A stretch of DNA of 64,000 bases from Alphaproteobacteria bacterium. Its GTDB lineage: Bacteria > Pseudomonadota > Alphaproteobacteria > UBA828. Position 1 is the stretch's first letter. Every line of letters starts with the position of its first letter. The notes beneath the pieces were generated by a model. The model was not told the DNA's origin. It was given only the letters and a program-made list of their open reading frames with translations, and did no database searches. The position numbers were made by a program, and so were the translations under genes. Below are positions 30,852 to 41,013 of this stretch, piece by piece. The DNA lies in the NCBI GenBank assembly GCA_963422645.2, contig CAXXVO010000009.1:406378-470377 (forward strand), given 5' to 3'.

Positions 30852-31631
30852 ATGACCGACGATGATTTCATGGCCGGGATCGTCGCCGGGAACCTTGAGG
30901 TCCGCCTGGCGCGCTCACCGGCAGATGTGGACGCCGTTCAGGCGTTGCGCTACCGCGTGTTCTACGAGGAGATGGCGGCCGATCCGAGCAGCGAGATGGC
31001 GGCGCGCGAGCGCGACTTCGACCGCTTCGACGCCTATAGCGATCATCTCATGGTGATCGACCACGAGCGCAGCGCCGCAGACAAGGTGGTGGGCACCTAC
31101 CGGCTGCTCCGCCGCTCGGTGGCGGACGCCCACGGCGGCTTCTATTCGTCCTGGGAGTACGACATCGACACGATTATCGCCCAACCCGGCGAGATCCTGG
31201 AGCTCGGCCGCTCCTGCGTCGATCCGGCCTACCGAAAGGGCACCACCATGACCCTGCTCTGGCGGGGCAACGCGGCCTACGTGCTGCACTACGACGTGCC
31301 GATCATGTTCGGCTGCGCCAGCTTTCCGGGCACGGACCCTCAGGAACACGCCGTGCCGCTCTCCTACCTCTATCACCACCACCTTGCGCCGCCGGCGCTC
31401 CGCCCGCGCGCGCGAGACGAGCACTACGTGAACATGGACCTGATCCCCAAGGAGAAGTTGGACAGGCGCGCTGCGCTGAGGGCCGTGCCGCCGCTGATCA
31501 AGGGCTATCTCAGGCTCAACGGCTTCGTCGGCGACGGCGGAGTGATCGACAGGCAATGGGGCAGCGTCGATGTCAGCATCGTCGTCAAGACCGACCTCGT
31601 GACCCAGCGCTACAGGGACAAGCTCACATGA
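30852..31631 (+). CDS. olsB: Ornithine N-acyltransferase (GNAT)
   Basis: LRYRVFYEE, VVGTYRL, LELGRSCV, FGCASFPG, PPLIKGYLR. Confidence 0.85.
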   Translation: MTDDDFMAGIVAGNLEVRLARSPADVDAVQALRYRVFYEEMAADPSSEMAARERDFDRFDAYSDHLMVIDHERSAADKVVGTYRLLRRSVADAHGGFYSSWEYDIDTIIAQPGEILELGRSCVDPAYRKGTTMTLLWRGNAAYVLHYDVPIMFGCASFPGTDPQEHAVPLSYLYHHHLAPPALRPRARDEHYVNMDLIPKEKLDRRAALRAVPPLIKGYLRLNGFVGDGGVIDRQWGSVDVSIVVKTDLVTQRYRDKLT

Positions 31632-32437
31632 TCGCCTTCGCGGTGCTCCTCCGCTTCTTCGGCTGGACCGTCTGCCTGATCCCGCTTCAACTTGTGCTCA
31701 TGGCAATCCGGGCGCCGCTCTCGAAGCGTCTGCCCATGGTCTGGCACCAGGGCGTGTGCCGGATCTTCGGATTCAGGATCGAGCGCTACGGCACGGTGTC
31801 GCGGACCGTACCCACTCTCTTCGTCTGCAATCACACGTCCTACCTCGATATCAGTGCCCTTGGCTCCGTAGTGCCGGGAAGCTTCGTCGCCAAGGCGGAG
31901 GTGCGCAGCTGGCCCTTGTTCGGCTTCCTCGCCATCCTGCAGCGGACCGTGTTCGTCGAGCGCCGGGCGTCGCGGACCGCCCATCATCGCGACAACATGA
32001 CCGCACGGCTCGAGACCGGCGACAACCTGATCCTGTTTCCGGAAGGCACCAGCAACGACGGCAACAGGGTGCTCCCGTTCAAGAGCGCCTTCTTCGGCAG
32101 TGCCGAGAAGCCGGTCAGGGGCAAGCCGCTCGTGGTCCAACCGGTCTCGATCGCCTACACGCGGCTGAACGGGATCCCCATGGGACGACCCTACAGGCCC
32201 TTCTACGCGTGGTACGGCGACATGGAGCTCGCCGGTCACCTTTGGAATGTCGCGGGCCTCGGCAACGCCACCATCGCCATTCAATTCCATCAACCGGTGA
32301 CCATCGAGCAGTTCCGCTCCCGCAAGGATATGGCCGAAGCCTGCCAGGCCGCGATCGCCGACGGGGTCTCCCGCGCGATCAGCGGCAAACTCACTCCGCC
32401 AATCAGGAAACGTTTCTGGGCGCCAAGGCCCGCCTGA
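31628..32437 (+). CDS. olsA: Lyso-ornithine lipid / lysophospholipid acyltransferase
   Basis: NHTSYLD, FPEGT, AWYGDM; ATGA-coupled to olsB. Confidence 0.8.
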   Translation: MIAFAVLLRFFGWTVCLIPLQLVLMAIRAPLSKRLPMVWHQGVCRIFGFRIERYGTVSRTVPTLFVCNHTSYLDISALGSVVPGSFVAKAEVRSWPLFGFLAILQRTVFVERRASRTAHHRDNMTARLETGDNLILFPEGTSNDGNRVLPFKSAFFGSAEKPVRGKPLVVQPVSIAYTRLNGIPMGRPYRPFYAWYGDMELAGHLWNVAGLGNATIAIQFHQPVTIEQFRSRKDMAEACQAAIADGVSRAISGKLTPPIRKRFWAPRPA

Positions 32438-32936
32438 GCGGTCGGACCTCGCCGACCGCAGCGGGCAGGATCGCCCGACGGAGCGTGAGCGCGTCCACGG
32501 CCCGGGCTTCAGGCTTGGCGTAGTAGCCGGGCCGGCGCCCGACCGGGGCAAAGCCCAGGGCCCGGTAGAGACGCAGCGCGGCGTCGTTGTCCTCGGCGAC
32601 CTCAAGATAGAGCGTGCGGAGGCCGCGCCGGCTCACCCCCTCGATCGCGGCGTTCATCAGGGCGCGGGCGACGCCCTGCTGGCGGGCCGACGGGGCCACA
32701 CCGAGCGACAGCACCTCGGCGCGGGCGCCATTGCTGCGGCCCAAGACGAAGCCCAGCGGCTCACCCCCCTTCCGCCAGAGGAGGCCGAACCCGCCCCGCG
32801 CCTGGGCGATGCGCCCGATCAACTCCGGCTGCCACGCTTCGTCGAAGCAGCGCGCATGGAGGGCGGCAACCGCCGGCAGATCGCCTGGACCAATTGCCTT
32901 GATCGGCGCCGCCGCGACGCTGGGCCGCTCACGCAT
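32403..32936 (-). CDS. rimI: RimI-like GNAT N-acetyltransferase
   Basis: RQQGVA, LEVAEDNDAALRLY...GF...GRRPGYY; downstream of tsaB. Confidence 0.75.
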   Translation of the reverse strand: MRERPSVAAAPIKAIGPGDLPAVAALHARCFDEAWQPELIGRIAQARGGFGLLWRKGGEPLGFVLGRSNGARAEVLSLGVAPSARQQGVARALMNAAIEGVSRRGLRTLYLEVAEDNDAALRLYRALGFAPVGRRPGYYAKPEARAVDALTLRRAILPAAVGEVRPLRRALAPRNVS

Positions 32937-33651
32937 GCGACGCTCTTCCCGTGACGGGCCTCGCCCGTGGCCGCGCTCCCGCCTCCCGCAGATAGAGCGG
33001 CCGCACGGCAGTGTCTTCACCGCCCCCCGCTTCAGCGCGGGCGGCGGCACGGCGCACCAGCACGCGGGCATCGGGCGTGGGCGAGCAGGACGCCGGGCGC
33101 GCATCGACCGCTGGCGTCAGCGCCGCGAGCGCAACCGCCTGCCCCGTGCCCGCCACGATGAGCGGGCCGCCGGTCTTCGCCTCCGCCACGAGCTCGGGCA
33201 ACGCCTCCGCGTCGATGGCCCGGGGTTCAAGTATCGCGCTCAGCGAGCGGTCGAAGAGCTGGACGTAGAGACGCTCCCGCCCGGCATCGAGCACCGCGAG
33301 AACCGCCCCATCGCGCTCGGCTGCAGGAACGCCGGCGGCCAGAACTTCCAGCGTGGAGAGCCCGATCAAGGGCCGCTTCAGCGCGAGCGCCAGTCCGCGT
33401 GCCGTCGCCAAGCCGATCCGAATACCGGTGAACGAGCCGGGGCCGACCGTGACGGCGAACCGGTCCACCGCAGCGAGCGCGATACCTCCCTCTGCCGCGA
33501 CCTCGCGCAGCATGGGCACGAGCGCCTCGGCGTGCCGGCCGCCTGTCTCGATACGCCGGCGAGCCCTCACCTCTCCCCGCGCCCAGAGCGCGGCGGAACA
33601 GGCCGGCGTCGCCGTGTCGAACCCGAGTAGCGTCAACCCGTCCGAGGCCAT
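32929..33651 (-). CDS. tsaB: t6A biosynthesis protein TsaB
   Basis: LGFDTAT, HAEAL, GPGSFTGIRIG, PLYLR. Confidence 0.93.
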   Translation of the reverse strand: MASDGLTLLGFDTATPACSAALWARGEVRARRRIETGGRHAEALVPMLREVAAEGGIALAAVDRFAVTVGPGSFTGIRIGLATARGLALALKRPLIGLSTLEVLAAGVPAAERDGAVLAVLDAGRERLYVQLFDRSLSAILEPRAIDAEALPELVAEAKTGGPLIVAGTGQAVALAALTPAVDARPASCSPTPDARVLVRRAAARAEAGGGEDTAVRPLYLREAGARPRARPVTGRASHA

Positions 33652-33782
33652 GAGCCGATCGCTGCCATCCCTTTGCTCGCGGCGGCTCTAGCACCCGCCC
33701 GGCTGCGCCCGCAACCATGCAACTCAGGGCATGCCGGTGCTATGTTGACGCACTTGCCCTTCGCCGCGACATTTCCGGGCCC

Positions 33783-34346
33783 ATGACCGATCTGGTCGAG
33801 ATCGCACCGCCGCGCTTCGACGTATCGCTGGCGCTCGCCTACGCCACCGACGACAACGTCACCGGCCGCCCGATTTATCGCAAGGCGGCGTGCTACCTGC
33901 ACCGCGACGCTGCGTCGCTGCTCAACCGTGCCATCGACCTTGCCGACACCCAGGGCCTGAAGCTGATCATCTTCGACGGCTATCGGCCAGTGGAGGCGCA
34001 GTGGGCGCTCTGGCGGCAATGTCCGGACCCGACCTTCCTCGCGGACCCGCGGCGCGGCTCGCCGCACTCGCGGGGCGTCGCGCTCGATCTCAGCCTTGTG
34101 GATCGGGAGACCGGCGTGCCGCTCGACATGGGCACCGGCTTCGACGACCTGACGCCGCGCGCATTTCACGGCAGCACCGCGCCGACGCCGACCGCCCAAC
34201 GCAACCGGATGTTGCTGCTCGGCCTGATGGCGTCGGCCGGTTGGGATCACTATCTCAACGAATGGTGGCACTACCAGATGTTCACGCCGCGCCGGTATCC
34301 CCTGCTCTGGGACTCCGCCGCAGGCACTGGATTAATGGACCCATGA
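33783..34346 (+). CDS. ddpX: D-alanyl-D-alanine dipeptidase (VanX/DdpX)
   Basis: DGYRP, SPHSRGVALD, DMGTGFD, EWWHY. Confidence 0.9.
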   Translation: MTDLVEIAPPRFDVSLALAYATDDNVTGRPIYRKAACYLHRDAASLLNRAIDLADTQGLKLIIFDGYRPVEAQWALWRQCPDPTFLADPRRGSPHSRGVALDLSLVDRETGVPLDMGTGFDDLTPRAFHGSTAPTPTAQRNRMLLLGLMASAGWDHYLNEWWHYQMFTPRRYPLLWDSAAGTGLMDP

Positions 34347-35380
34347 CCCTAGACTGGCTTCTGCGCTCAGGCCGCGCCGCGTGCATCGCCTTCTCCATGG
34401 CCGTCACGATAGCCACCGGCAGCGCCGCCGCCAGCGCCGCCGACTCCGCGGTGATCCTGCAATACCACCGCTTCGGCGAGGTCGCGTACCCGTCGACGAG
34501 CGTGACGCTCGACCAGTTCGAGGCGCACATCGAGCACCTCTTGAGCGGCGGCTACACTGTGCTGCCGGTTCCCGAAATCCTCGCCGCACTCGACGCCGGC
34601 CGGCCGCTCCCGGATCGCGCCATCGGCATCACCGTCGACGATGCGACGCGTTCGACCTTCCTGGAGGCGTGGCCCCGCCTGGAGGAAGCCAGCTTCCCCT
34701 TCACCGTGTTCGTCTCCACCGATCCGGTCGACCAGGGCCACGCGGGCATCATGAGTTGGGACGAGCTTCGCCAACTGGTCGCGGCCGGCGTCACCATCGG
34801 CAATCACGGCGCCGCGCATGGGCGCATGTGGCAGAACGACGGCGCAGCAAACAGAGAAGACCTCGAGAGAGCGCGCCGACGGATCCAGGAGGAGCTCGGC
34901 ATGGACGCCGCGCTCTTCGCCTACCCCTACGGCGAATGGAACGGCGCGCTACGCGCGCTCGTCACGGAGCTCGGTTTCGCCGCGGCCTTCGGCCAGCACT
35001 CGGGCGTCGTCGGGGCGCACTCGGACAGGCTCAACCTCCCGCGCTTCGCCCTGAACCAGAATTACGGCGACATCGATCGCTTCAAGCTGATCGCGGACAC
35101 CCTGCCGGTCGGCGCCCGTGCCGTGACCCCGACGGATCAAGTCCTAACGGAGAATCCGCCGACCGTCGGCTTCACGATCGAGCCGCCGCTGGCCAACCGC
35201 GACAGTCTCGCCTGCTTTGCGTCGGGCGGTGTTGGCGCGAGCCTCGACCATCAGGAGGGCGGCCGCGTGGAGGTGACCTTCGACCGGGCGTTTCCGCCTG
35301 GCCGGGCCCGGCTCAATTGCACAGCTCCCGCCGGAGGCGGGCGCTGGCACTGGTTCGGCCTGCAGTTCGTTGTGCCCTGA
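34343..35380 (+). CDS. Secreted polysaccharide deacetylase family protein
   Basis: Signal peptide, ILQYHRF, ITVDDA, GNH, FAYPYGE. Confidence 0.88.
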   Translation: MTLDWLLRSGRAACIAFSMAVTIATGSAAASAADSAVILQYHRFGEVAYPSTSVTLDQFEAHIEHLLSGGYTVLPVPEILAALDAGRPLPDRAIGITVDDATRSTFLEAWPRLEEASFPFTVFVSTDPVDQGHAGIMSWDELRQLVAAGVTIGNHGAAHGRMWQNDGAANREDLERARRRIQEELGMDAALFAYPYGEWNGALRALVTELGFAAAFGQHSGVVGAHSDRLNLPRFALNQNYGDIDRFKLIADTLPVGARAVTPTDQVLTENPPTVGFTIEPPLANRDSLACFASGGVGASLDHQEGGRVEVTFDRAFPPGRARLNCTAPAGGGRWHWFGLQFVVP

Positions 35381-35397
35381 CGCCCGGGCTGCGCCGA

Positions 35398-36852
35398 TCA
35401 GATAGGCGGTCGCCCGTTCGGCGGGCTGATCACCGCCGTCCACTGGCGGTTGTTCAACCACGCCCGGTCGAAGTCGCCAAGCCGGTTCTGGCGGATGATT
35501 TGGCGGATGGTCTTGACGTAGGCCGACCGTCGCTCCGAATAGCTCCGCAGCTCGCCGGCCAGGGCGTAGCCGTCGAGTCGGTCGCCGTGGCGCAGCTCAG
35601 CCCGCCGGCGGCGGAAGTCCTCGTAGGCCCAATGGCTGTTGAGGTTGTGCACATAGGCGCGCACCGCCGCGAGCAGATTGTCGTGGCTGCGCACGCGATG
35701 ACGCCTGTCCGCATCGCGTCGCGCGGGCACCATGCCCGGCTTGGCGTTGTAGGTGTATTGACCGAAGAGCGCGTTGCCCTCCCGCACGAAGCGAGAGGAG
35801 CCCCACCCCGTCTCCTCCGCCGCCTGTGCCAGCGCCAGCGAGGGCGGCACGATATCCATCCGGTTCAGCAGGTCCTGCACGTCGAGCGGGTCCGCACCGT
35901 AGAGATCGGCCGTGGCGATGAGCCATTCCCGGTCTGCGGGCGCGAGCGCGTCGGCGGGAGAGAGCGTGTCGGCCCGCGTGAACCTGTCTGCCAGTCGCTC
36001 CAGCCGCCAGCGGGCGGAGGTGATCTCCTCGTTGACCTGAAGGATGATCGGGAGGACCGCCTGAACGAAGAGATGCTTCTTCGCACTGACGGGCGACATG
36101 TCGGCGAGATCGCGCGGGAGCGCCTCGAGAATGAGGCGCGGCACAGGGCTAACCGTCGCCCGCACCTGGTCGAGGTCGTAGCCGATCGCCTCGAAGCGCG
36201 CGACGACGGCGTTGGCTGAAGTGCCCCTCGTTGGGGGCTTGAGCACGACCGACGGTATCGTGTCTGTCGTGCCAGTATGCACCAGCTTGCGAGGCTTCGA
36301 CACCAGCGGGGGCGGTGGCGGATCTTCAGCCTGCAGCGCCCCAAGCCGCATGATCGTCGGCGCGTAGCGGGGCGAGGCCGCAATCGGCCGATCGGGCAGC
36401 GTCGTTGCCTCTCGCCACGCGGCCTGCCGCGAATCGCCGGGAGGCACGGGAGCCAGTGTGAGAAGCCGGCCAATCGCTGCGGGCGGATGAATATCCCGAG
36501 GTATCGCCCCCGACAGAGAGAAGACGAACTTGATGCGGCCGGGCACTGCAGGCATCGCGTCGGCAGGTGCTGGATCTTCTGTCGTCGCGCCTGTGATCGA
36601 GTCCATTCCTGCGACGAGGAAGCTCAACGGCGACGCGCCGCGAGCAGCGGCTGGCTTGATCGGGTCGACGCCGGCCGCGGTCATGGCGAAAGCCGCGAGC
36701 GCCGCGACCCCCAGCGCGCCAAGCACCGGCCAGGGGGCAACCCTCGGACCGCTCGCCAACTTCGGCGGCAATGCCTCAAGTGCACGCCGCCGGAACAACG
36801 GGGCACTCCCCCTCCGCGCGCACGCGGAGGCCCGCCCCTCGGCACTCAACAA
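35398..36852 (-). CDS. Bax-like glucosaminidase (GH73) domain protein
   Basis: LAQAAEETGWGSSRFVREGNALFGQ, YVHNLNSH, YSER; Pro-rich N-terminal region; start uncertain. Confidence 0.85.
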   Translation of the reverse strand: MLSAEGRASACARRGSAPLFRRRALEALPPKLASGPRVAPWPVLGALGVAALAAFAMTAAGVDPIKPAAARGASPLSFLVAGMDSITGATTEDPAPADAMPAVPGRIKFVFSLSGAIPRDIHPPAAIGRLLTLAPVPPGDSRQAAWREATTLPDRPIAASPRYAPTIMRLGALQAEDPPPPPLVSKPRKLVHTGTTDTIPSVVLKPPTRGTSANAVVARFEAIGYDLDQVRATVSPVPRLILEALPRDLADMSPVSAKKHLFVQAVLPIILQVNEEITSARWRLERLADRFTRADTLSPADALAPADREWLIATADLYGADPLDVQDLLNRMDIVPPSLALAQAAEETGWGSSRFVREGNALFGQYTYNAKPGMVPARRDADRRHRVRSHDNLLAAVRAYVHNLNSHWAYEDFRRRRAELRHGDRLDGYALAGELRSYSERRSAYVKTIRQIIRQNRLGDFDRAWLNNRQWTAVISPPNGRPPI

Positions 36853-36900
36853 AACGCCCTATCTCCCTCCCCGGGCTTCGCCGGGAACGCACGAGCCGCA

Positions 36901-37458
36901 CTAGACGGCGCGCACCTCCACGACTTCCGGGATGTAGTGTTTCAGCATGTTCTCGATGCCCATCTTCAGGGTCATGGTCGAGCTGGGACAGCCCTGGCAC
37001 GATCCCTGGAGCTGAAGCATCACGACGCCGTTCTGAAACCCCTGATAGGTGATATCCCCGCCGTCCTGTGCCACCGCCGGACGCACCCGCGTATCCAGCA
37101 GCTCCTTGATCTGGGAGATGATCTCCGAATCGGCGCCGTCGTCCGCCACCTCCTCTGCCGTCTGCGCGGCATCGTCGAGGAGCAGCGGATGGCCCGCCAC
37201 GAAGTGTTCCATGATCACGCCGAGGATCACGGGTTTCAGTAGTTGCCAGTCGGCATCATCGGACTTGGAGACAGACACGAAGTCGCCACCGAAGAAAACG
37301 CCGGTGACTCCCTCGACCTGAAACAGCCGCCGCGCAAGCGGCGAACGCTCCGCCGATTCGACATCGCGGAAGTCCGCAGTCCCAGTCGACATCACTGCCT
37401 CTCCGGGCAGAAATTTTAATGTCGCCGGGTTCGGGGTCCGCTCGGTCTGGATGAACAT
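36901..37458 (-). CDS. nfuA: NifU/NfuA-family Fe-S carrier
   Basis: MFIQTERTPNPATLKF, VRPAVAQDGGD, GSCQGCPSS. Confidence 0.9.
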   Translation of the reverse strand: MFIQTERTPNPATLKFLPGEAVMSTGTADFRDVESAERSPLARRLFQVEGVTGVFFGGDFVSVSKSDDADWQLLKPVILGVIMEHFVAGHPLLLDDAAQTAEEVADDGADSEIISQIKELLDTRVRPAVAQDGGDITYQGFQNGVVMLQLQGSCQGCPSSTMTLKMGIENMLKHYIPEVVEVRAV

Positions 37459-37627
37459 GCTTTTCCCAACCCTGCCCATAATGGGCGCCTAACCGTTGTC
37501 CAGAGTGCGGATAACGTCAAGGCCAATGGTTATACCACTGAATTGTGGTGCATTTCTGCGTATTGCACAGGTTATTCACAGAGCAGGATTGCACCCTTGG
37601 CACCCCGTAGCCCGGGTATTGCAGCGG

Positions 37628-38134
37628 CTACGTCAGATCCTGGAGCTGTTGCTCGTCCAGGTTTCCGGGCACGACCACGAGCGGGACATTGAGCTGACCG
37701 GCGAGCTGACCGGCGAGCCATGAAATCAGCGATCCGTGCCCCTGATCGGGCGGGGCCGCGCCGACGACGAGCAGGTTGATGGCCTCGTTCTCGTCTATGT
37801 GGCCCAGGATCTCATCACCGATTGCGCCCTCGCGCACCGCCACGCTGGGCGGCTCTGCGGTGACCTCCTCCACCTTGGCGGCGATGGCGTTGAGGAGGGC
37901 TTCCGCCTCCTCCCGCGTCTCCTGCCGCATCAGCTCGCCGACCGCGGCCCAGTGCTGGAACTCGGGCGGCTGCACGACGTGAAGAAGTGCCACATGGCCA
38001 CCGGAATTCTTGGCGCGCAGCGCGGCGAATCGTGCCGCGACTTCGGAATGGCCATCGTCCGCGACGCAGACCAGGAAGGTGACCTGCCCGGCGACATGGG
38101 CTGCGTCCGTTTCGGGCGGCGCTTGTTCGGTCAT
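37628..38134 (-). CDS. Universal stress protein
   Basis: FLVCVAD, LLHVV, LLVVGA, PLVVVPG. Confidence 0.88.
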   Translation of the reverse strand: MTEQAPPETDAAHVAGQVTFLVCVADDGHSEVAARFAALRAKNSGGHVALLHVVQPPEFQHWAAVGELMRQETREEAEALLNAIAAKVEEVTAEPPSVAVREGAIGDEILGHIDENEAINLLVVGAAPPDQGHGSLISWLAGQLAGQLNVPLVVVPGNLDEQQLQDLT

Positions 38135-38155
38135 GGCATCGATCCCACCGCGTCC

Positions 38156-38923
38156 TCAGCCCTTGCGGAAGGCGAAGCTGCCCAACAATCCTGCCATCAG
38201 CGCGAGCGCGATAGCAATGACGCCGTAGAGGGCCTCGTCCGCCCGCGCGAAGGTGGAGATGTCCGCCGAGAATCCCGCCTTCTCGATGCTCAGCGCCGCC
38301 GAGCGCGTGCTGAGCACTTCGCTGTCGACCAAGAGCATTGCCTCGACCACATAGTCGCCGGTCGGCACGTGGGCGGGCAGGTCGATCGTTGTGCGGAACA
38401 GGCGCTCGTCGATGAACTCCACGACGCCCGGCGCCGATCTGTAGAGGGAATCGCGCTCCCGGTCGCGGTGCAGGGCGGCGCGGAACTCATCCGCGTCACC
38501 CGACGTATCGAACCAGATGGCCTCCAGCAACACGCGCTCGGAGCCAAGCTGCTTGCGGTCAAGCAACTCGACGGGGGCGATCTCTTCGAGTGGCCCTGAG
38601 GTCGCGACGAAGTAATAGCCGGGCACGTTGCGGAAGGCGATCGACTCCCGGTTGACCCAGACACCGACCGACCGCCGCTTGCGGCGCACCACCACCGGCT
38701 CCTCGGGCCCGCGCACGGAAACCACGACATCGCCCGCCACGTCGGTCGCGCCGAAGAGCAGGATCGAGGTGCCCGCGAAGTTCGAATCGATCTCGATGCG
38801 CTGGGTCGAGAGCGCGATCAGCAAGGGCTCGTCATGCTCCTGCGCGACCGCGCTGCTGGTCGCCGGCATCGCTATCGCTGCGGCGACAACCGCCATCCCG
38901 AGCAGTTGCAGCACGCGCCGCAT
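38156..38923 (-). CDS. Conserved membrane protein, TIGR02186-like (TauE partner)
   Basis: IDSNFAGTSILLFGA, VVVRRKRR...WVN, LFRT, C-terminal TM segment. Confidence 0.8.
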   Translation of the reverse strand: MRRVLQLLGMAVVAAAIAMPATSSAVAQEHDEPLLIALSTQRIEIDSNFAGTSILLFGATDVAGDVVVSVRGPEEPVVVRRKRRSVGVWVNRESIAFRNVPGYYFVATSGPLEEIAPVELLDRKQLGSERVLLEAIWFDTSGDADEFRAALHRDRERDSLYRSAPGVVEFIDERLFRTTIDLPAHVPTGDYVVEAMLLVDSEVLSTRSAALSIEKAGFSADISTFARADEALYGVIAIALALMAGLLGSFAFRKG

Positions 38924-39837
38924 CAGTTCCCCCACAGCGGTGCGACGGCGAAGGGGTCGTCCGGCATCACCACCAGCGAATAGGCCAGCCGACCGCCCAC
39001 CGCGAGCACCATGAGTGCGAGCAGGCCCCGGAGATGCTCCGCCCGGATGCGCCCGCCGATCCGCGTGCCGTACTGGGCGCCGATCACGGCACCGACCGCC
39101 AACAGGAGGCCGAGGATGATGTCGACATTGTTGTTGTTGATGGCGTGGGCGAAGCACGAGACCGAGCTGATCACGATGATGCCGAGCAGCGAGGTGCCCA
39201 CCACCACCGCCGTCGGCATGCCGATGAGGTAGATCATCGCCGGCACCATGAAGAACCCGCCGCCCACACCCATGATGGAGGCAACGATGCCCATGAGAAA
39301 GCCGAGCAAGAAGGGCGGGATCGCGCTGACGTAGAGGCGGGAGCGCCGGAATCGGAGCCTGAGCGGCAGCCCGTGAATCCAGGTGTGGACGTGGGCCTTG
39401 CGGCGCGCCGTACGCTGGCGCCGCACCGTTGCTCTCACGCTCTCGACCGCCATCAAGCAGCCGACCACCCCGAGAAACACGACGTAGGAGAGAGACACCA
39501 CCAGGTCGATCTGGCCGGCATCGCTCAACAACCTGAAGATGTAGGCGCCGAGCCAGGCGCCGCCTGCGCCGCCGCAGGAGATCAGCGCACCGATCAGGAA
39601 ATCGACGTTGCCTCGCCGCCAGTGCGCCATCGTGCCGGAAACCGACGATGCGATGATCAAGTTGGTGCCGGTGCCGACGGCGACCGAGGGCGTGACGCCG
39701 AGGAAGATCAGGAGCGGCGTCATCAAAAAGCCGCCGCCCACGCCGAACATGCCCGACAGCAGGCCCACGCCCCCGCCGAGCACGAGCAGAATCAGCGCAT
39801 TGGCTGAAAGCTCGGCGATCGGGAGGTAGATCTCCAT
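38923..39837 (-). CDS. Sulfite exporter TauE/SafE family
   Basis: MEIYLPIAE; repeated GMFGVGGGF / IMGVGGGF motifs. Confidence 0.9.
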   Translation of the reverse strand: MEIYLPIAELSANALILLVLGGGVGLLSGMFGVGGGFLMTPLLIFLGVTPSVAVGTGTNLIIASSVSGTMAHWRRGNVDFLIGALISCGGAGGAWLGAYIFRLLSDAGQIDLVVSLSYVVFLGVVGCLMAVESVRATVRRQRTARRKAHVHTWIHGLPLRLRFRRSRLYVSAIPPFLLGFLMGIVASIMGVGGGFFMVPAMIYLIGMPTAVVVGTSLLGIIVISSVSCFAHAINNNNVDIILGLLLAVGAVIGAQYGTRIGGRIRAEHLRGLLALMVLAVGGRLAYSLVVMPDDPFAVAPLWGN

Positions 39838-39968
39838 CGAAAAAACAGCGTGGTGCGTGTGGGGATACGCACGTTACATGCGCCTCACGCTCAAGTTGCG
39901 CAAGCGAAAAGTCTGTAATCGTGCAGCATTTTCGCCGGATTGGGCCGCAGAGCGCGGCCCGGCACTGC

Positions 39969-40961
39969 TCAGGCGTCGAGCAGCCCCATGATGCGCCGCA
40001 CTTCGGCGAGGTTGGCGTCCGCGATCTGCCGGGCGCGCTCGGCACCGTCGGCAAGCACGCCGTCGATGTAGCCGGGGTCCGCCAACAACTCACGCATGCG
40101 TGCGGCGAGCGGGCCGAGTGTCTCGATCGCGAGATCGGCGAGCTCGCTCTTGAAGTCGGCAAAGCCGATCAGGGAATGCTCGGCGGCCACTCTCTCGATG
40201 GGCTCGTCGACGAGCGCGGCGTAGATGCTCAGCAGGTTCGAGGCTTCGGGCCGGCGCTCGACGTCGTAAGCGAGACCAGGCTCCGAATCGGTCTTCGCGC
40301 GTTTGATCTTGAGCGCGATCGTGTCGGCGTCGTCGGTCAGATTGATCCGCGCGTACTCGGACCCGTCCGACTTGCTCATCTTCTTGCGCCCGTCTCTCAG
40401 ACTCATCACCCGCGTGGCGGCGCCGAAGATCATCGGCTCGGGCAGGGGGAAGAATTCCCGGTCGTAGGCGCGGTTGAAGGCGCTGGCAATATCGCGGGAG
40501 AGCTCCAGGTGCTGCTTCTGATCCTCGCCCACCGGCACGGCGGTCGCGTGGTAGAGCAGAATGTCGGCCGCCATCAGCACCGGGTAGGCGTAGAGGCCGA
40601 GGAGCGCACTGTCCCGCTTCTTTCCCGCCTTCTCCTTGAACTGGGTCATGCGGTTGAGCCAGCCGAGCGGGGTGAAGCAGTTGAGGATCCAGGCGAGCTC
40701 CGCATGTCCCGTCACGCGGCTCTGGTTGAAGATGATGCAGGTCTTGGGGTCGAGCCCGGAGGCGATCAGTCCGGCGGTGACCTCGCGCGTGTTGTTCGTG
40801 AGCTCTTCCGGATCCTGCGGCACCGTGATCGCATGCAGATCGACAATGCAATAAATGCAGTCGTATTCCCGCTGCATCGCGACCCAGTTCTTGATCGCGC
40901 CAAGGTAGTTGCCGAGGTGCAGGTTGCCGGTCGGCTGTACGCCGGAAAAGACCCGCTTCAT
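39969..40961 (-). CDS. trpS: Tryptophanyl-tRNA synthetase
   Basis: [38 protein letters not shown]. Confidence 0.97.
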   Translation of the reverse strand: MKRVFSGVQPTGNLHLGNYLGAIKNWVAMQREYDCIYCIVDLHAITVPQDPEELTNNTREVTAGLIASGLDPKTCIIFNQSRVTGHAELAWILNCFTPLGWLNRMTQFKEKAGKKRDSALLGLYAYPVLMAADILLYHATAVPVGEDQKQHLELSRDIASAFNRAYDREFFPLPEPMIFGAATRVMSLRDGRKKMSKSDGSEYARINLTDDADTIALKIKRAKTDSEPGLAYDVERRPEASNLLSIYAALVDEPIERVAAEHSLIGFADFKSELADLAIETLGPLAARMRELLADPGYIDGVLADGAERARQIADANLAEVRRIMGLLDA

Positions 40962-41013
40962 GTCAGGAACGCTCCGCCGGGGGCGCGCCTTATCGCGCCC
41001 TCGCGCGGCGCCG

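Noticed and set aside
37490-37600. Chromosomal replication origin
   Set aside because: Only two convincing DnaA-like boxes, no clear unwinding element and no typical oriC neighbours.
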